Assembly (NCBI GenBank): GCA_965637545.1 | Contig: OZ281501.1 | Coordinates: 8,370,001-8,434,000 of the forward strand | From: Phallusia mammillata | Lineage: Eukaryota | DNA length: 64,000 bases | Reading direction: 5' to 3' | Shown here: positions 1 through 11,577 of the stretch, piece after piece | How the letters are laid out: each line of letters begins with the position of its first letter | How positions within the stretch are numbered: the stretch's first letter is position 1 | Program-made: the position numbers and the translations under genes | Notes under the pieces: model-generated | The model's database searches: none | The model's input: the letters and a program-made list of their open reading frames with translations, nothing else | What the model was told of the DNA's origin: nothing

Positions 1-381
1 AGAACCACTGGTTTAGACTTCAGATACAAGTGAAGCCCTTCACACATTTTACAATTCGGCCAAAAACGACAAAAACCAAGAAATTAAGCTATTACCAAAC
101 TTTTGATGTATGTTTATTAGCATGTTTACCTTTTGGTATTAAATTTGAGACAGCCTCTCGATGAGTTTTGTTTCAATGAATTGTTTTTCAAAAACATTTT
201 AATTTGAACCAACACTTTTGCAAATGAATACACATACAATATGGCTAAATCATATTGTTAGTTTTAGTGTTGAAGTATCTACTATCTACACTGGAGTACT
301 ATACTATAATATCCAGTTCAAGTTGGCCATCAAAAAGCAACTAACTTCTACCGCCTCTAAACTTCTGCTTTTCTGAACGAA

Positions 382-3300
382 TTATACCTCTTTAATCAAC
401 TTTTTGGCTACAGGACGAACCAAGGCCTCAAGCAGCACACTTTCCACTTTTTTCTTTACTTCCACAGGCTTTGCAAATTCAACATCATTCCTTTGCAAGA
501 TCTGTGGAACAATCTGGTCCTCTATATCAGATTCATATTCGTCTAGCTCTTGAATGTTGATTTTTTCTTGCTGAACAATAGGAGGGGGGATTTGGCCCAT
601 TACTGGGACATCGAAATTCTCAGCTTCTGTTAACTTGGGTTCCACTGAATGTGGTATTAAGTTGTCCAAGTCAGCATCATCTTGTAGTTTAGCTAATACA
701 GTTTCTGTTCCTGCTTCAGACAAAAAACTTTCATCAGTTGGGATTGCATTTCGTTGAACATTTTTTGTTAATTCTCCATGAGAAAGATTTGGGTTTAAAT
801 ACTGTTGATCTGAATTGTCCCGGTTTTTCAAAGTAATGTTTTTAAAAACACGAGGAAGCAAAATTGGTATTTCTTGAGAATGATTTTGAGCTACAGGATT
901 AGTAACTGGTGTAAGAGCAGAAATTTTATTGGCAGGTAGTTCCACCAGGTCAGATTCTGTTTCAAGATCTTTGTTTTCTAAAACTTGACTTGCATTTTGG
1001 GTTTCATTTGCTACTTCCGTGTGATTGGAAACAGCAGATTTGTGTGATTCAATTTCTGACTCTTCGGTAACTTGCTTTGTGGATAAAAAATCAGAATGGA
1101 ATTTTAAAAACAAGTTGAACTTAATGATTGACAATTTAAAGCACTACCAGTGTGTAATTAAAAAATGTAACAATTCTTCCTAAAACTCCTTAATTTTTTT
1201 TTTAATTTCATTTAAATTTAACAAAAAAAGTCATTTCGTGTATTTTTTACTGAGAAAAAACAAGATGGCTGTATTTACCTTTTTATCATCTTCGGTTAAA
1301 CTGACGTTGAAGTTTAAGTAATCCAGGGCCACATTGATCTGGGAGTACCTTGTGATGAGATATTGTGCAACATTGTTTTCTATCCATACCCTGTCAGCAG
1401 CGTAACAACTTGGACACATATCCATCGGTGGAAACTGGAGTTTTGGAAAAGCTGGGTCTTCTGTTGATGAGTTGGAATGTAACCTGCGGCAAAACTGATT
1501 TTTAAACATACAGATATTTCACATCAAGGATACGAAACACTGTAATGAGGAAAAGGGGCCTACAACACATAAGACATTGTTCAAAAATCACAGGTCAAAT
1601 CATCACAGGTGTATAACTGCAGTACTTACAATCTACTTCAATCAACAGATAAAATAGAGTTTGACTAGGGATTTAATTGAATTTGTACTTTTAAAGTACA
1701 AACATAGCTTTGAAGTACAAACATTGCCAACATGGATACCTTTCATTGACACTGTTGTGAATTCTCCATAACCACAGAACAGCACTGTAAGGACCAGTTG
1801 AACTGTTGTATGGCATTTGCTTAATTTCCTTCATGAAGTTAATCCGACATTCTCGGCAACCAAAGAAGTTTGTTATGTAAGCTGCCATAGCATTTGGAAC
1901 CAAACTTTGATCTGAAAAAAAGAATAGACTAAAAATTATGTTCCTATTTTTCCAGAAGACATTTATATTTCCTAAACACTTTGACGCATCTCATCTTTGT
2001 TCCAAAAATCAATAAAAAGGCTTTAGCCTGACCACTTATTAAAATTGTGAAGTTGAAATACTTGTTTAGGATGTCTGTAGAGCAGGGGTGGACAACCTTC
2101 TTTAAAGCTTGTGTGGCCCGCAGAGACGCTTGGATTTCAAAAGTACTGGCAAACGAGTCCAATTATTACATATTTTTGAGCTGAATAATGCGCCTGATGC
2201 TAGTTTTCTGCGATCTGGCAAAATGTGGCTAGAATCAAATACGAACTAGAATAGTGGTTTTCCTATATATTGCCAGTTTATATATACTACATCATATTTA
2301 ACGATGTATCACATATACCATTTACTATATTTATAATGGATATATATTTGGCATTGGGTCCCTATCTTTTTCCTGGCACTTTATAACATGATTGTTTCTG
2401 CAAGCATAATCTAATGGGTCCCCACACATATGCATATGCGATTTGGTATCAGTAAAAATAGGGCACAATCATTGTCAGATATTTACAATTTACTATACAC
2501 ATCATTTGATCTACACATATGATTTTTTTGCAAGCAAAAACGAATGGGTCCCCACACGCGCGTTTGTGCGGATTTATGGTAAACAAACATCCTGGTTATT
2601 TTTAGATTCTTAAGGAAAAACTTAACCAACTTTAGCAATAACCCAACTTTAAAAGTTTTGTCCGTATTCTTTTTGCATCATTATTGTCATATAATTACAA
2701 AAAACAGTAAATAAGAACAGGAAAAATACTTTCAATTTAATCTCATGCTTTGACCTTGATATTGTCGTTCAAGATCAGTTTTTAAACACAATTTTCCAAA
2801 ACTGAAAATGAGCTTAAAAACTTAATAAAACGAGATGGCATGGCTGCGCAAAAACAGCTGATTTCTAATCACCAACACGACTGTCTCGTAAAATGTCCGT
2901 CCGGACGTCAAGCTGAGCACTCCCGCTGTATTCACTAGGGATGTGCTAAAATTGCAAATGTTCTGTTTGGTCGAGCACCGAGCATCTCACGGCCGAGCAC
3001 GCTCGGTGCATTATGACATCACAGAAAATCCCCTTTCTATGTTTTAGCTCTACAAGGCCTCTTACGTCACAAGCGGTGTATTAAGCTGCACAGGCCTCAG
3101 AAGTACACGTTTTTCCACAATCTAATACATTTGAAAAATCATTTGTTTTTGTTCATAGACACCCTTTCGAACACTAGTTACCTATGTTAGCAGGGCATGA
3201 ATATGCAAATTTAATGCTCGGGTCAGTTTGTGCAACTGCTCGGCCGAGCACCGAGCACCGAGCATCAAAAATAGCGATGCTCGGTGCCGAGTACTCGGGT

Positions 3301-6300
3301 TCTGGCTCGGCTCGGCGCATCCCTAGTATTCACCGCCTTAATCGTAAACAAGTGAATTACTACCTTGAGATTTGAGACTTCTATTTAACTGACAGTGTAC
3401 ACATGTTATGGACGTAAAAGTAACTATTTGGCCGATTAAGGCAATTTTTTAAATACTGAATGAATAACCTACTGCAAACAATTGTTTAACATTTCAGCAC
3501 ATTGGGGCTTGTATTTCTGGCCTAAAACTTATTATTTGGGGGTTTAAGGGGTAAACATGGGTGAATCCAATAAAAAGTTACAAAATTCTTTAGAATAGCT
3601 TACATTGCACCAACCAACAAAGCATGAAACCCACAGATTATTGCTTGGGTCAGTACAGCCGTTTTTAATTTTTTTCGTTTTGGGGGCCTGTGGGTGAACT
3701 GCTGGGTCGTTTGGGGTCAAACTTCAGGAGGATCAAATTCGGAACAATAACTAACATCTGTGCAAATTTGAATACATTTAAAGCACTCTTTTTTGACCAA
3801 ACACATTTAACAAACCAGCGTTAGACAGAAACGAATATTTTGGGGTTTAAGGGGTGAAAATGGGTAAATCTTTTTTTAAGGTGCAAAATTCTTTGAAATA
3901 CTTTATATTGCACCAAACAACAAAGCATATAACTCCTAAATGAAGTACTTTAGCAAGTATAGCTGTTTTAAAAATTTCACGTTTTGGGGGGCTGTGGGTG
4001 AACCGAGGGATCAAACGGGGTCAAAATTCACATGGACCATCTTTAGACCAATATCTATAATGTGTGTAAATTTAAAAAAGTTTGAACCATTCTTTCTTGA
4101 CCAAAACGTGGGAACAAATCCGTGTTAGAAAGAAAAAAATATATAGACAAAAACAATATGTGTCCCCTTCAGGGAAGGGGACCCATAATTATACTTGTAG
4201 TTAAGCAAATTTGGTAAGAAACAAAGCAAAATCACTTTGTGTGATGCACATGTGTGGCCTTCGATCCAATTTTGACATTTATAATTGGGCCTACAGTAAC
4301 AAAGGTTGCCCACCCCTAACAGGGAGGATTGCTGATTATACACGACATATTTAACACTGAACAATAGAAAGCAAATAGAAACAGAAAATTCCTTACCAGG
4401 AAGTTGGGCATTGACAGAAGCAACAGACATTGTGTGAAACAGGGTCCATAATGAACATGGATATCGCCGCAAACTTGGCTTGCTGGGTTGACATCCAACC
4501 CAAAGTTTGTTGGATGGTGGCAAATATTGATCTTTCTGCCGATATGAAAAAAACTCAATTAGAAATGGTTACCATTGAAAGTATCCTATATCCTTTTGAC
4601 TTCAACATACCAACTAAATAACATCTAGTTGGAAGTCTGTATATTTTTGTCACAAATTGAAATTGAGAACTGATGACAATTGAGAACTGATGACAACTCT
4701 TAAACAATATACTAAATTTAAATTCATTTTGACATGAGAAAGATTTACCCAGGCCTATGAAAGGTCATAAGCACCATACTGTAAAAATTTGCTGTGTTTT
4801 TAATAATGCCTACCTTCTTTTGGACAATTTTCTCCATCCAAGCATTGTAGCTTATGGTGTCTTGAGTTTGAAGCCAACTGTATAGATCACTCATAAATGC
4901 ATGGGTGCTTGCACGTGCTGGCATATGCTCTCCAAGCTAAACATAAAAGGTCAAAAATGTCACATACTTTTACTTAAAATGTGCACTTAAAGTTTGGTAC
5001 CTAGTAAAAATAAGAGTTGTAAAGAAGATAAAGACAATAGATTCAGCATTTTTTATGTACACACCTTTACAAATGCAGATATAAACGTTTTTAGGCCTTC
5101 TAGTTTCTTTCCTTCAAGAACTTTGACAGCTGCAACTTCCATAGTCAGAGCATAGCGGATAGCAGACTCAATATCAGCAAGATATACTTTGTCCCTACAA
5201 AAAATGTCCACAATTACATTCAATACATGAAGATCTAATTTAACAACTTCATTTAAGCTAAACAAGTATCATTTTTTATGAAAACAAACATATTTGCTTG
5301 CCTTTTAACACCCCTGTAGTCAACTGTAACTTGATTAACATTATTATAAGAATCGGATAAGATTTGTGAAAAAGGTGAATTAAATCTTGCAATTGGTTCC
5401 CCAACTCCAGGCAGTCTGGTCAACTTGTAAGTAAAAAAGTGTCTGGTTTTCAGTTTCCTGTAAATAAAAGTAAAAGATAGGAATGAATACAATACAGCAC
5501 TAAGCTAAACAGAAGCAAATTACTATTGCTGCACACAAAATTTTGTACAATGTTTTGCTTTAAAACTTTCCACATTATCGCATTTGGGCTTGACAGGATA
5601 ACAGAAAAATATTTAGTGCATGCACTAAAGCATAAATACAATGCAGATCACAACCAGGATTTAACAGGTGGTTGTAATACATATACAGATATCTATTCTA
5701 TTGGAAACACTATTTACAGATTGTTTAATATTTTCACAAGGCTAGTCCATATTGCACTAAAAAGTAATATCCTTTTTTAGTTTCTTTATGCTGGAATAGT
5801 TTATATGCTAAATCATTTTATAAAACAAAAGCATTGTTTGTATTTTTAAAAGTACCATCGGCTAGTCAGTCAACAATCACAAACCATATTCTTACACTTG
5901 AATATTTTGAATTGTTCCATTCCTGTGAATGACAATGGCTTGTGGAAGATCATTGGTGTCAATACCAAGTTTCATGGCAAGGTCTTCACCATCTTTGCGA
6001 TTCACATTAACTCGTCGGATGAAAATGTTGGTACATGAAGATGTGTCAAGAATTACCTGTAAAATAGGAAAGTTAATTGCATTACTTCACTGATGGGTCA
6101 TTCCATGTCAAACGTCCCAGAAAAATGGCAAAATGTAACCCACCCTCTCAGATTTTTATCAAATTTCATATGTCCATGCAGCTAGTTACACTGATTTCAA
6201 CAACAAAAATTTTTTTGAAATCTATCAATGTTTCACGAAGTTATGACATTTTGAAAATATGTCAAATATGTGATCACTGCAGCGACGCGCATCAATGCTT

Positions 6301-9300
6301 TTTGATAATACTGTGTTTAAAATGTCATATTTCTTTCTAATTTGTATATTGTGGTCATTTTGGTAGGTTAGGTGAACCTTTAGGACATTCTCAATCACCT
6401 CATTACAGTTTTTCATGTTTTTGAAATATGGGTCAGTAATTGAGGGGGGTTCAGTTTGGGGGTATGCGAATGTGCATTCATGCGTAACGACAACTTTAAA
6501 AGCTCATATCTTGAAGAGCACACTAGCTAGAAAGTTAAGTAATGGCTCAAATGAAAGCTCTTGCTGAGTACTTTCCTTGTTCTTAATTTTATGATGCTTC
6601 TCTGTAATTTGTTTAAAGGAGGGTCATAATAAAACACAGGTTCATTTTTCGGATATTTTTGTGATACTGCGTCTGTTATCTATACTTTATGTGCCCTAAT
6701 TTGTTATTAAAAGTTGTTAAGATGCAAAAGTTTAGTGTAGGTGTCTCACTGGATACTGAATGCCACAAAAAGACATATCCAACACAAAAACAAGGTATTT
6801 TACCAATTGACTTTCTAACAGATGAAGAGCAAGTGCTTCTGAATATTCGAGTTACTGCTGATAAGGGTAATGAATGTTGTTTGGAGAACGTATGAATTTT
6901 CCACAGGTACAATTACATTGGTCGGTACCCTTCCTTGCAGAAGAAGTGTTGTAATCCTTTTCGAGTCCACAGTAAACCAGTCAAAAATCGTAATATACGT
7001 CCTATCACTTGGGAATATTACCAAAAATATAAAAATTACAATTTAAACATTGCACCGTGAAAAGGTGTGATTTTCCCTTTTGAGGTAGTCGTTTCTCTTG
7101 ACCAATTGCTTGGGTATCATTGTGGGGACTTGTATTTTTCTGCTATCGTACTGTCACTGTTCCTAATTTTTTTTCATTTTAGAGATAATGTTGTCAAAAG
7201 ATTTTATTTTCATTTTGTCTTCGTCTTTAGTGTCAGGTTGGTCTTGCTATAGGTCTACATCACTGACATTAAAAAAATTGGACATCTTTGCATGAAGGGT
7301 ATCATTAATTTGACATAATTTTCTTTGCCCATAGAAAATGTTACTGCTTGAAGGCACACTATGCAACTTCACAGGTAATCACCTCAACGCTCTGTAAACT
7401 TTCATTAAGCTTGCTGAAAGATGCGTTTGCTTTAACAGTAGATGCAATGTTACATATTTCACTGTCAGTCGAACTCGAAGCTTCTTCATTTGATGATACA
7501 TTTTGAAGGATAGTTTCTTTAAGTCTTGTACTGCATTTGGCACACACCTTTTTTTTCTGGTACAATATTTAAATTACAATTTTTATATTTTGGTAACATT
7601 CCCAAGTGAGTGGACGTATATTACGATTTTTGACTGGTTAACTGTGAACTTGAAAAGGATCACAACACTTCTTCTGCAAGGAAGGGTACCGACCAATGTA
7701 ATTGTACCTGTGGAAAATACATACGTTCTTCAAACAACATTCATTACCCTAATCAGCAGCAACTCAAATATTCAGAAGCACTTGCTCTTCATCTGTTAGA
7801 AAGTCAATTGGTTAAATACCTAGTTTTTGTGTTGGATATGTCTTTTTGTGGCATTCAGTATCCAGTGAGACACCTGCACTACACTTTTGCATCTTAACAA
7901 CTTTTAAAAACAAATTAGGGCACATAAAGTATAGATAATAGAAGCAGTATCACAAAAATATCCGAAAAATGAACCTGTGTTTTATTATGACCCTCCTTTA
8001 AACAAATTACAGAGAAGCATCATAAAATTAAGAACAAGGAAAGTACTCAGCAAGAGCTTTCATTTGAGCCATTACTTAACTTTCTAGCTAGTGTGCTCTT
8101 CAAGATATGAGCTTTTAAAGTTGTCGTTACGCATGAATGCACATTCGCATACCCCCAAACTGAACCCCCTTTAATTACTGACCCATATTTCAAAAACATG
8201 AAAAACTGTAATGAGGTGATTGAGAATGTCCTAAAGGTTCACCTAACCTACTAAAATGACCACAATATACAAATTAGAAAGAAATATGACATTTTAAACA
8301 CAGTATTATCAAAAAGCATTGATGCGCGTCGCTGCAGTGATCACATATTTGACATATTTTCAAAATGTCATAACTTCGTGAAACATTGATAGATTTCAAA
8401 AAATTTTTTTTTTTTGAAATCAGTGTAACTAGCTGCATGGACATATGAAATTTGATAAAAATCTGAGGGGGTGGGTTATATGGCCTGGGCAGTTGACATG
8501 GAATGACCCTGATGAAATGGCATCACAAATCCTTCAGCATTATGCAAACTGGAAGTGTGAACAATTGACAAACAGGATATATGCGTAAACTGGGCGTAGT
8601 TTAAAAACTAATTCAAATCACTTCCATGTAGCAAACTCAGTATGAACAAATTGTCCAAATTTGTCAAAGATCCAGATTAACTGATGTCAATTAGTAAAAG
8701 TCTTTCCACATTACACATTATTTGTACTTTAAATTTTGTTCAAATTAGGCAAAGATCCGGATTAACTGAATGTGGTTTACCCAAGGTTCACTGTACTACA
8801 CAAGTCCAAGGGTACTGAACAGAGAAAATATGCTTAATACTTTCTTAAGTGAAAATCTAATTAGATTTTGTATTAATACAAGAACAAAAGTAAACCAAAG
8901 AAAATTTTTACCTCTCTTCCAATATACGAATTCTCATCTTCAAATATAACAGCTGTGTATAAGATAGGTTCAGAGCTTGGAGCTGGAGAAAGATCATTCA
9001 TCACCTCTTCTGACCTAAAATACAAAATATGTGTTAAGCACCATGCTTAAAAATAGAAATACATAAATATATTAAAATGTAACGTACCCAGAGACTCTGA
9101 GAATTGGTTTCGGTCTTTCATGAGTCCATTTAAGATCACTGATGTGTTTTGCAATGTAATCAATAATCTCTCTCCTTATTTCATTCATTCCTTGGTCACC
9201 TTAATGAACATACAACGTGTAGAAACAAACATTGTAAGAAGTTTAATTTTAACTGTGAGTAATGTGTTTTAAAAAAGCATATTGCACTAATACAAGTTAT

Positions 9301-11423
9301 AGAACCACTCTAACTCACACTTGTATAATATTTATTGCGTCAATTTTTTTTTAGTTGATTTAATCTTAATAAAAGACTTGTACCTTTGTAAGTTTCTCCA
9401 GGATTACTGACATTAGAAAAAGCTGGATAAAACTGGAAAATATGAATAAAAAGTATTGAAGTATTAAAAGCAGAAAAGTATAAACCAGAAGATAATTTGG
9501 TTCCCAAAACAAAAGGCACATTCCAATCAAACAATAAGTTAACCCAAAACTTCTCAGTTGAAAGTTCCAATTAATCATTGGTAAAACAACACATATTTTT
9601 TTTTCAAATTTAGAGGTTCTCTGTTTAGAAATGAAATTTTACTAATTCAAACAAGCATAAAGATAAACACACAGCAAATTTTCCAAAAATTAATTATTAT
9701 TGCATGCAATTTATTAGTGGAAATTTTGGCAGAAAACATTACTATCTAAAATCCTATTAGGAATCAATGAACATTGTTCCATCACACCAGGTATGTGTAA
9801 ATAAAAGTATTCTGATGATAGAAGTAAATCTTGAAATGATTTACACAGAAACAACATTTAAAACTAAATTGAGACCCTCAAACACTATTTTGCTACAAAG
9901 ACAGACCACCATGTGCTAATGTACCCGAAATTCTGGATAATCATAAACCCAAAATGGATGTCTATGACATGATAAAAAATTCTCGTCACCGCTTGGGGCA
10001 GTGTCACCACAGTTTATTGCTCCAATACGAAACAACCAACTCCATCCTGAATTGCAAGGTAAAAAATTAAAACTTCAAATATTAGAATTATATAAACTTA
10101 AAAAAATTAAGCTTGGGAAAACCATGCATTTCTTACAAGCCAATGCAAACATAATAGAATTTGTTTTAGAAGAATTACATGCACAATTTTCAATCAAGCA
10201 ATTTGGCATTCATAAATCTGTGGCATGCTAACATTACCCGAAGAGTGGGATAGTCAAGAATTGACATATTCCGACATATCTGCACATTCATCGAGTTTGG
10301 ACAATTGATAACACCAACTTTAAGCAGCATGTGCCACTCTGGAAACAGGGACAAGGTTGGGGACACAATTTATGGATTGAAACATTGGTATGCCATTAAT
10401 GAGTTAACAAGTTGTAAATGTTAACATGAGATTAAACATTGTATGGTATACATACATACACTAAGCAGTGGTTACCAGACTTTTTTGATGCAACCCAAAT
10501 ACTTAAGCTAAGTAGTGAGCTGACAAATAGCTTATGGCGTCACAAACAAAGACACTGTTTATCACATTATCACAAGCTAGGATAACGTTATTGTTTCACA
10601 ACAGTTTTGTGAAAAATAAAAACACTAGAAAATACAGATAAAAACAAATTATTTTGTTACAAAAACAGACAACCCAGAAGAAATTTTAGGAGACTCAACT
10701 TTGGGTTGTAACCAATACTTTGAAAAACACTGGTGTAAGGTAGTAATTGGGTGCAGAAAGGAAACGGATGTAATATTGTCAAAGTTTCTCTAAATGATTT
10801 TTATAAATTTCACAGATAGGTCTACTTGCTTAACTCAATGTTTGGTTGTGGAAATACTTGAAGTAAGACGATACAACAAACACCATACCTGCCACATCCT
10901 TTGCCAATGCCTTAAAAATAGGTGCAAATTCTTGACAATGCCCACACCATGATGAGTAATACTCAACTAACCAGAGAGTTTGACTGCAACAAACAAAAAG
11001 TCAGAAGAAGAAAATGTATAATCAAGCCAAGTCAGAGGTTCTAATGCTAAATTATACTACATACGGGTATTGGTATTTATATGCCTAATTTGTCATGCAT
11101 TAGCACATTAAATGTTGTTTAGGCTTTAGTATCCCATGTTAATGTATAAAGCCTCTGAATGGCTAATAAAAGGTTTATATGGCTATAGTAATGCTTGATA
11201 CTTTTGGATTTTAAAGAGATTTTTATCATATCATAAAATAGTGGTATAAAGCAGATGCAAAAAATGTATAAAACCTGGTTGATAGGGTCTTCAACAAGTT
11301 GTCCCCATTAAAAATGGTCACGTTATCTTTTTCATCATAAAGCCCTTTTTCAACTGCTGCATCAGATGTCACACATTGAATATAGTACACTATAATTAGC
11401 ATCAAACAACTCCTAATAAGCAT
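382..11423 (-). CDS. QSOX: Quiescin sulfhydryl oxidase (Trx1-Trx2-HRR-Erv), 14 coding exons, about 795 aa using exon 3a
   Basis: Exons (minus strand): 11423-11275, 10983-10889, [10338-10238 or 10046-9925], 9432-9384, 9199-9088, 9014-8912, 6056-5896, 5457-5302, 5194-5065, 4936-4814, 4535-4397, 1911-1740, 1483-1279, 1074-382. Phases are consistent and the total of 2388 nt is divisible by 3. Motifs: signal peptide [20 protein letters not shown], Trx [38 protein letters not shown], Erv [32 protein letters not shown]. The last exon's acceptor (AAG at 1075) and the 3' end are less certain. Confidence 0.95.
2244..4188 (-). mobile_element. Helentron/DINE-1-like non-autonomous element (HINE), copy 1, in a QSOX intron
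   Basis: Plus strand runs AACTAGAATAGTGG...GTCCCCTTC-AGG-GAAGGGGAC-CCATAA: a 9-bp terminal stem, an inverted subTIR ATGGGTCCCC at 2414 and 2544, two internal units of about 300 bp and no TSD. It is co-linear with copy 2. Confidence 0.75.
2936..3325. mobile_element. hAT (Ac-type) MITE nested in HINE copy 1
   Basis: TAGGGATG...CATCCCTA termini, a perfect 8-bp TSD GTATTCAC (2928-2935 and 3326-3333) and subterminal CCGAGCA repeats. An empty site is visible in copy 2. Confidence 0.9.
6095..8509. mobile_element. Non-autonomous foldback DNA transposon with about 970-bp inverted arms (Sola2-like by inference)
   Basis: Termini GGGTCATTCCATGTCAA...TTGACATGGAATGACCC, flanked by an identical 4-bp TGAT (6091-6094 and 8510-8513). 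Arms 6095-7069 and 7543-8509 look about 95% identical in a 90-nt sample. The spacer is 473 bp. Confidence 0.85.
7075..7892 (-). pseudogene. Decayed N-terminal part of a transposase-like ORF (second partial copy at 6722-7060 on +)
   Basis: Consensus of both arms: [19 protein letters not shown]...[31 protein letters not shown]...VPEKKVCAKC. The spacer continues [15 protein letters not shown]...YGQRKL...EKYKS..MIPSNWSRE, with stops and frameshifts. Confidence 0.7.
9925..10046 (-). CDS. QSOX: QSOX alternative exon 3b (phase 1-0, 122 nt): [41 protein letters not shown]
   Basis: Splice sites ttttttaccttgcaattcag|GA...TTTCGG|gtacat. Open only in the needed frame and paralogous to 3a (W...G.INC...C...DYP..R). 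Confidence 0.82.
10238..10338 (-). CDS. QSOX: QSOX alternative exon 3a (phase 1-0, 101 nt): [34 protein letters not shown]
   Basis: Splice sites ccctgtttccag|AG...CTTCGG|gtaatg. Matches the QSOX Trx1 segment with two structural Cys followed by xPTxR. Confidence 0.9.
10466..10732. mobile_element. Degenerate Charlie-like MITE in QSOX intron 2
   Basis: CAGTGGTTACCA...AAAAACACTG ends with subterminal CAACCCAA/TTGGGTTG. No clean TSD. Confidence 0.4.
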
Positions 11424-11435
11424 ACCGAAATCAAT

Positions 11436-11462
11436 CTAAACAAAAAAAACACAATACAAAAA
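11436..11462 (-). promoter_or_regulatory. Splice acceptor 12 nt upstream of the QSOX ATG (candidate SL trans-splice site)
   Basis: Minus strand reads gtattgtgttttttttgtttag|attgatttcggtATG. It lies about 140 nt downstream of the COA3 stop, leaving little room for a separate promoter. Confidence 0.6.
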
Positions 11463-11577
11463 CATTACATTCAAATTAAGGGCGGAAATATCACAAAACA
11501 TAATTGATTTGTTGTAGAAACCAGGTGTGGCAACAATAACAAAATTGTGGCTTTTATGAGATCACATAAGACAAAGT

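Larger units (their letters stand above)
2083..4318. mobile_element. Old hAT-Charlie-like MITE of about 290 bp, split by the HINE insertion
   Basis: Left end CAGGGGTGGACAACCTT and right end AAGGTTGCCCACCCCTA, with subterminal GGCCC motifs. The TSD is no longer recognisable. Confidence 0.5.

Noticed and set aside
4661-4694. Short tandem duplications (also near 48340-48380 and 59860-59895)
   Set aside because: Only two copies of 17-21 bp, which is ordinary slippage. Not a CRISPR or other array.
1944-8400. Many 60-100 aa ORF-track calls within introns and repeats
   Set aside because: They are antisense or alternative-frame shadows of real exons, or lie inside MITE, HINE or foldback repeats. 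Several start at TTG or GTG.
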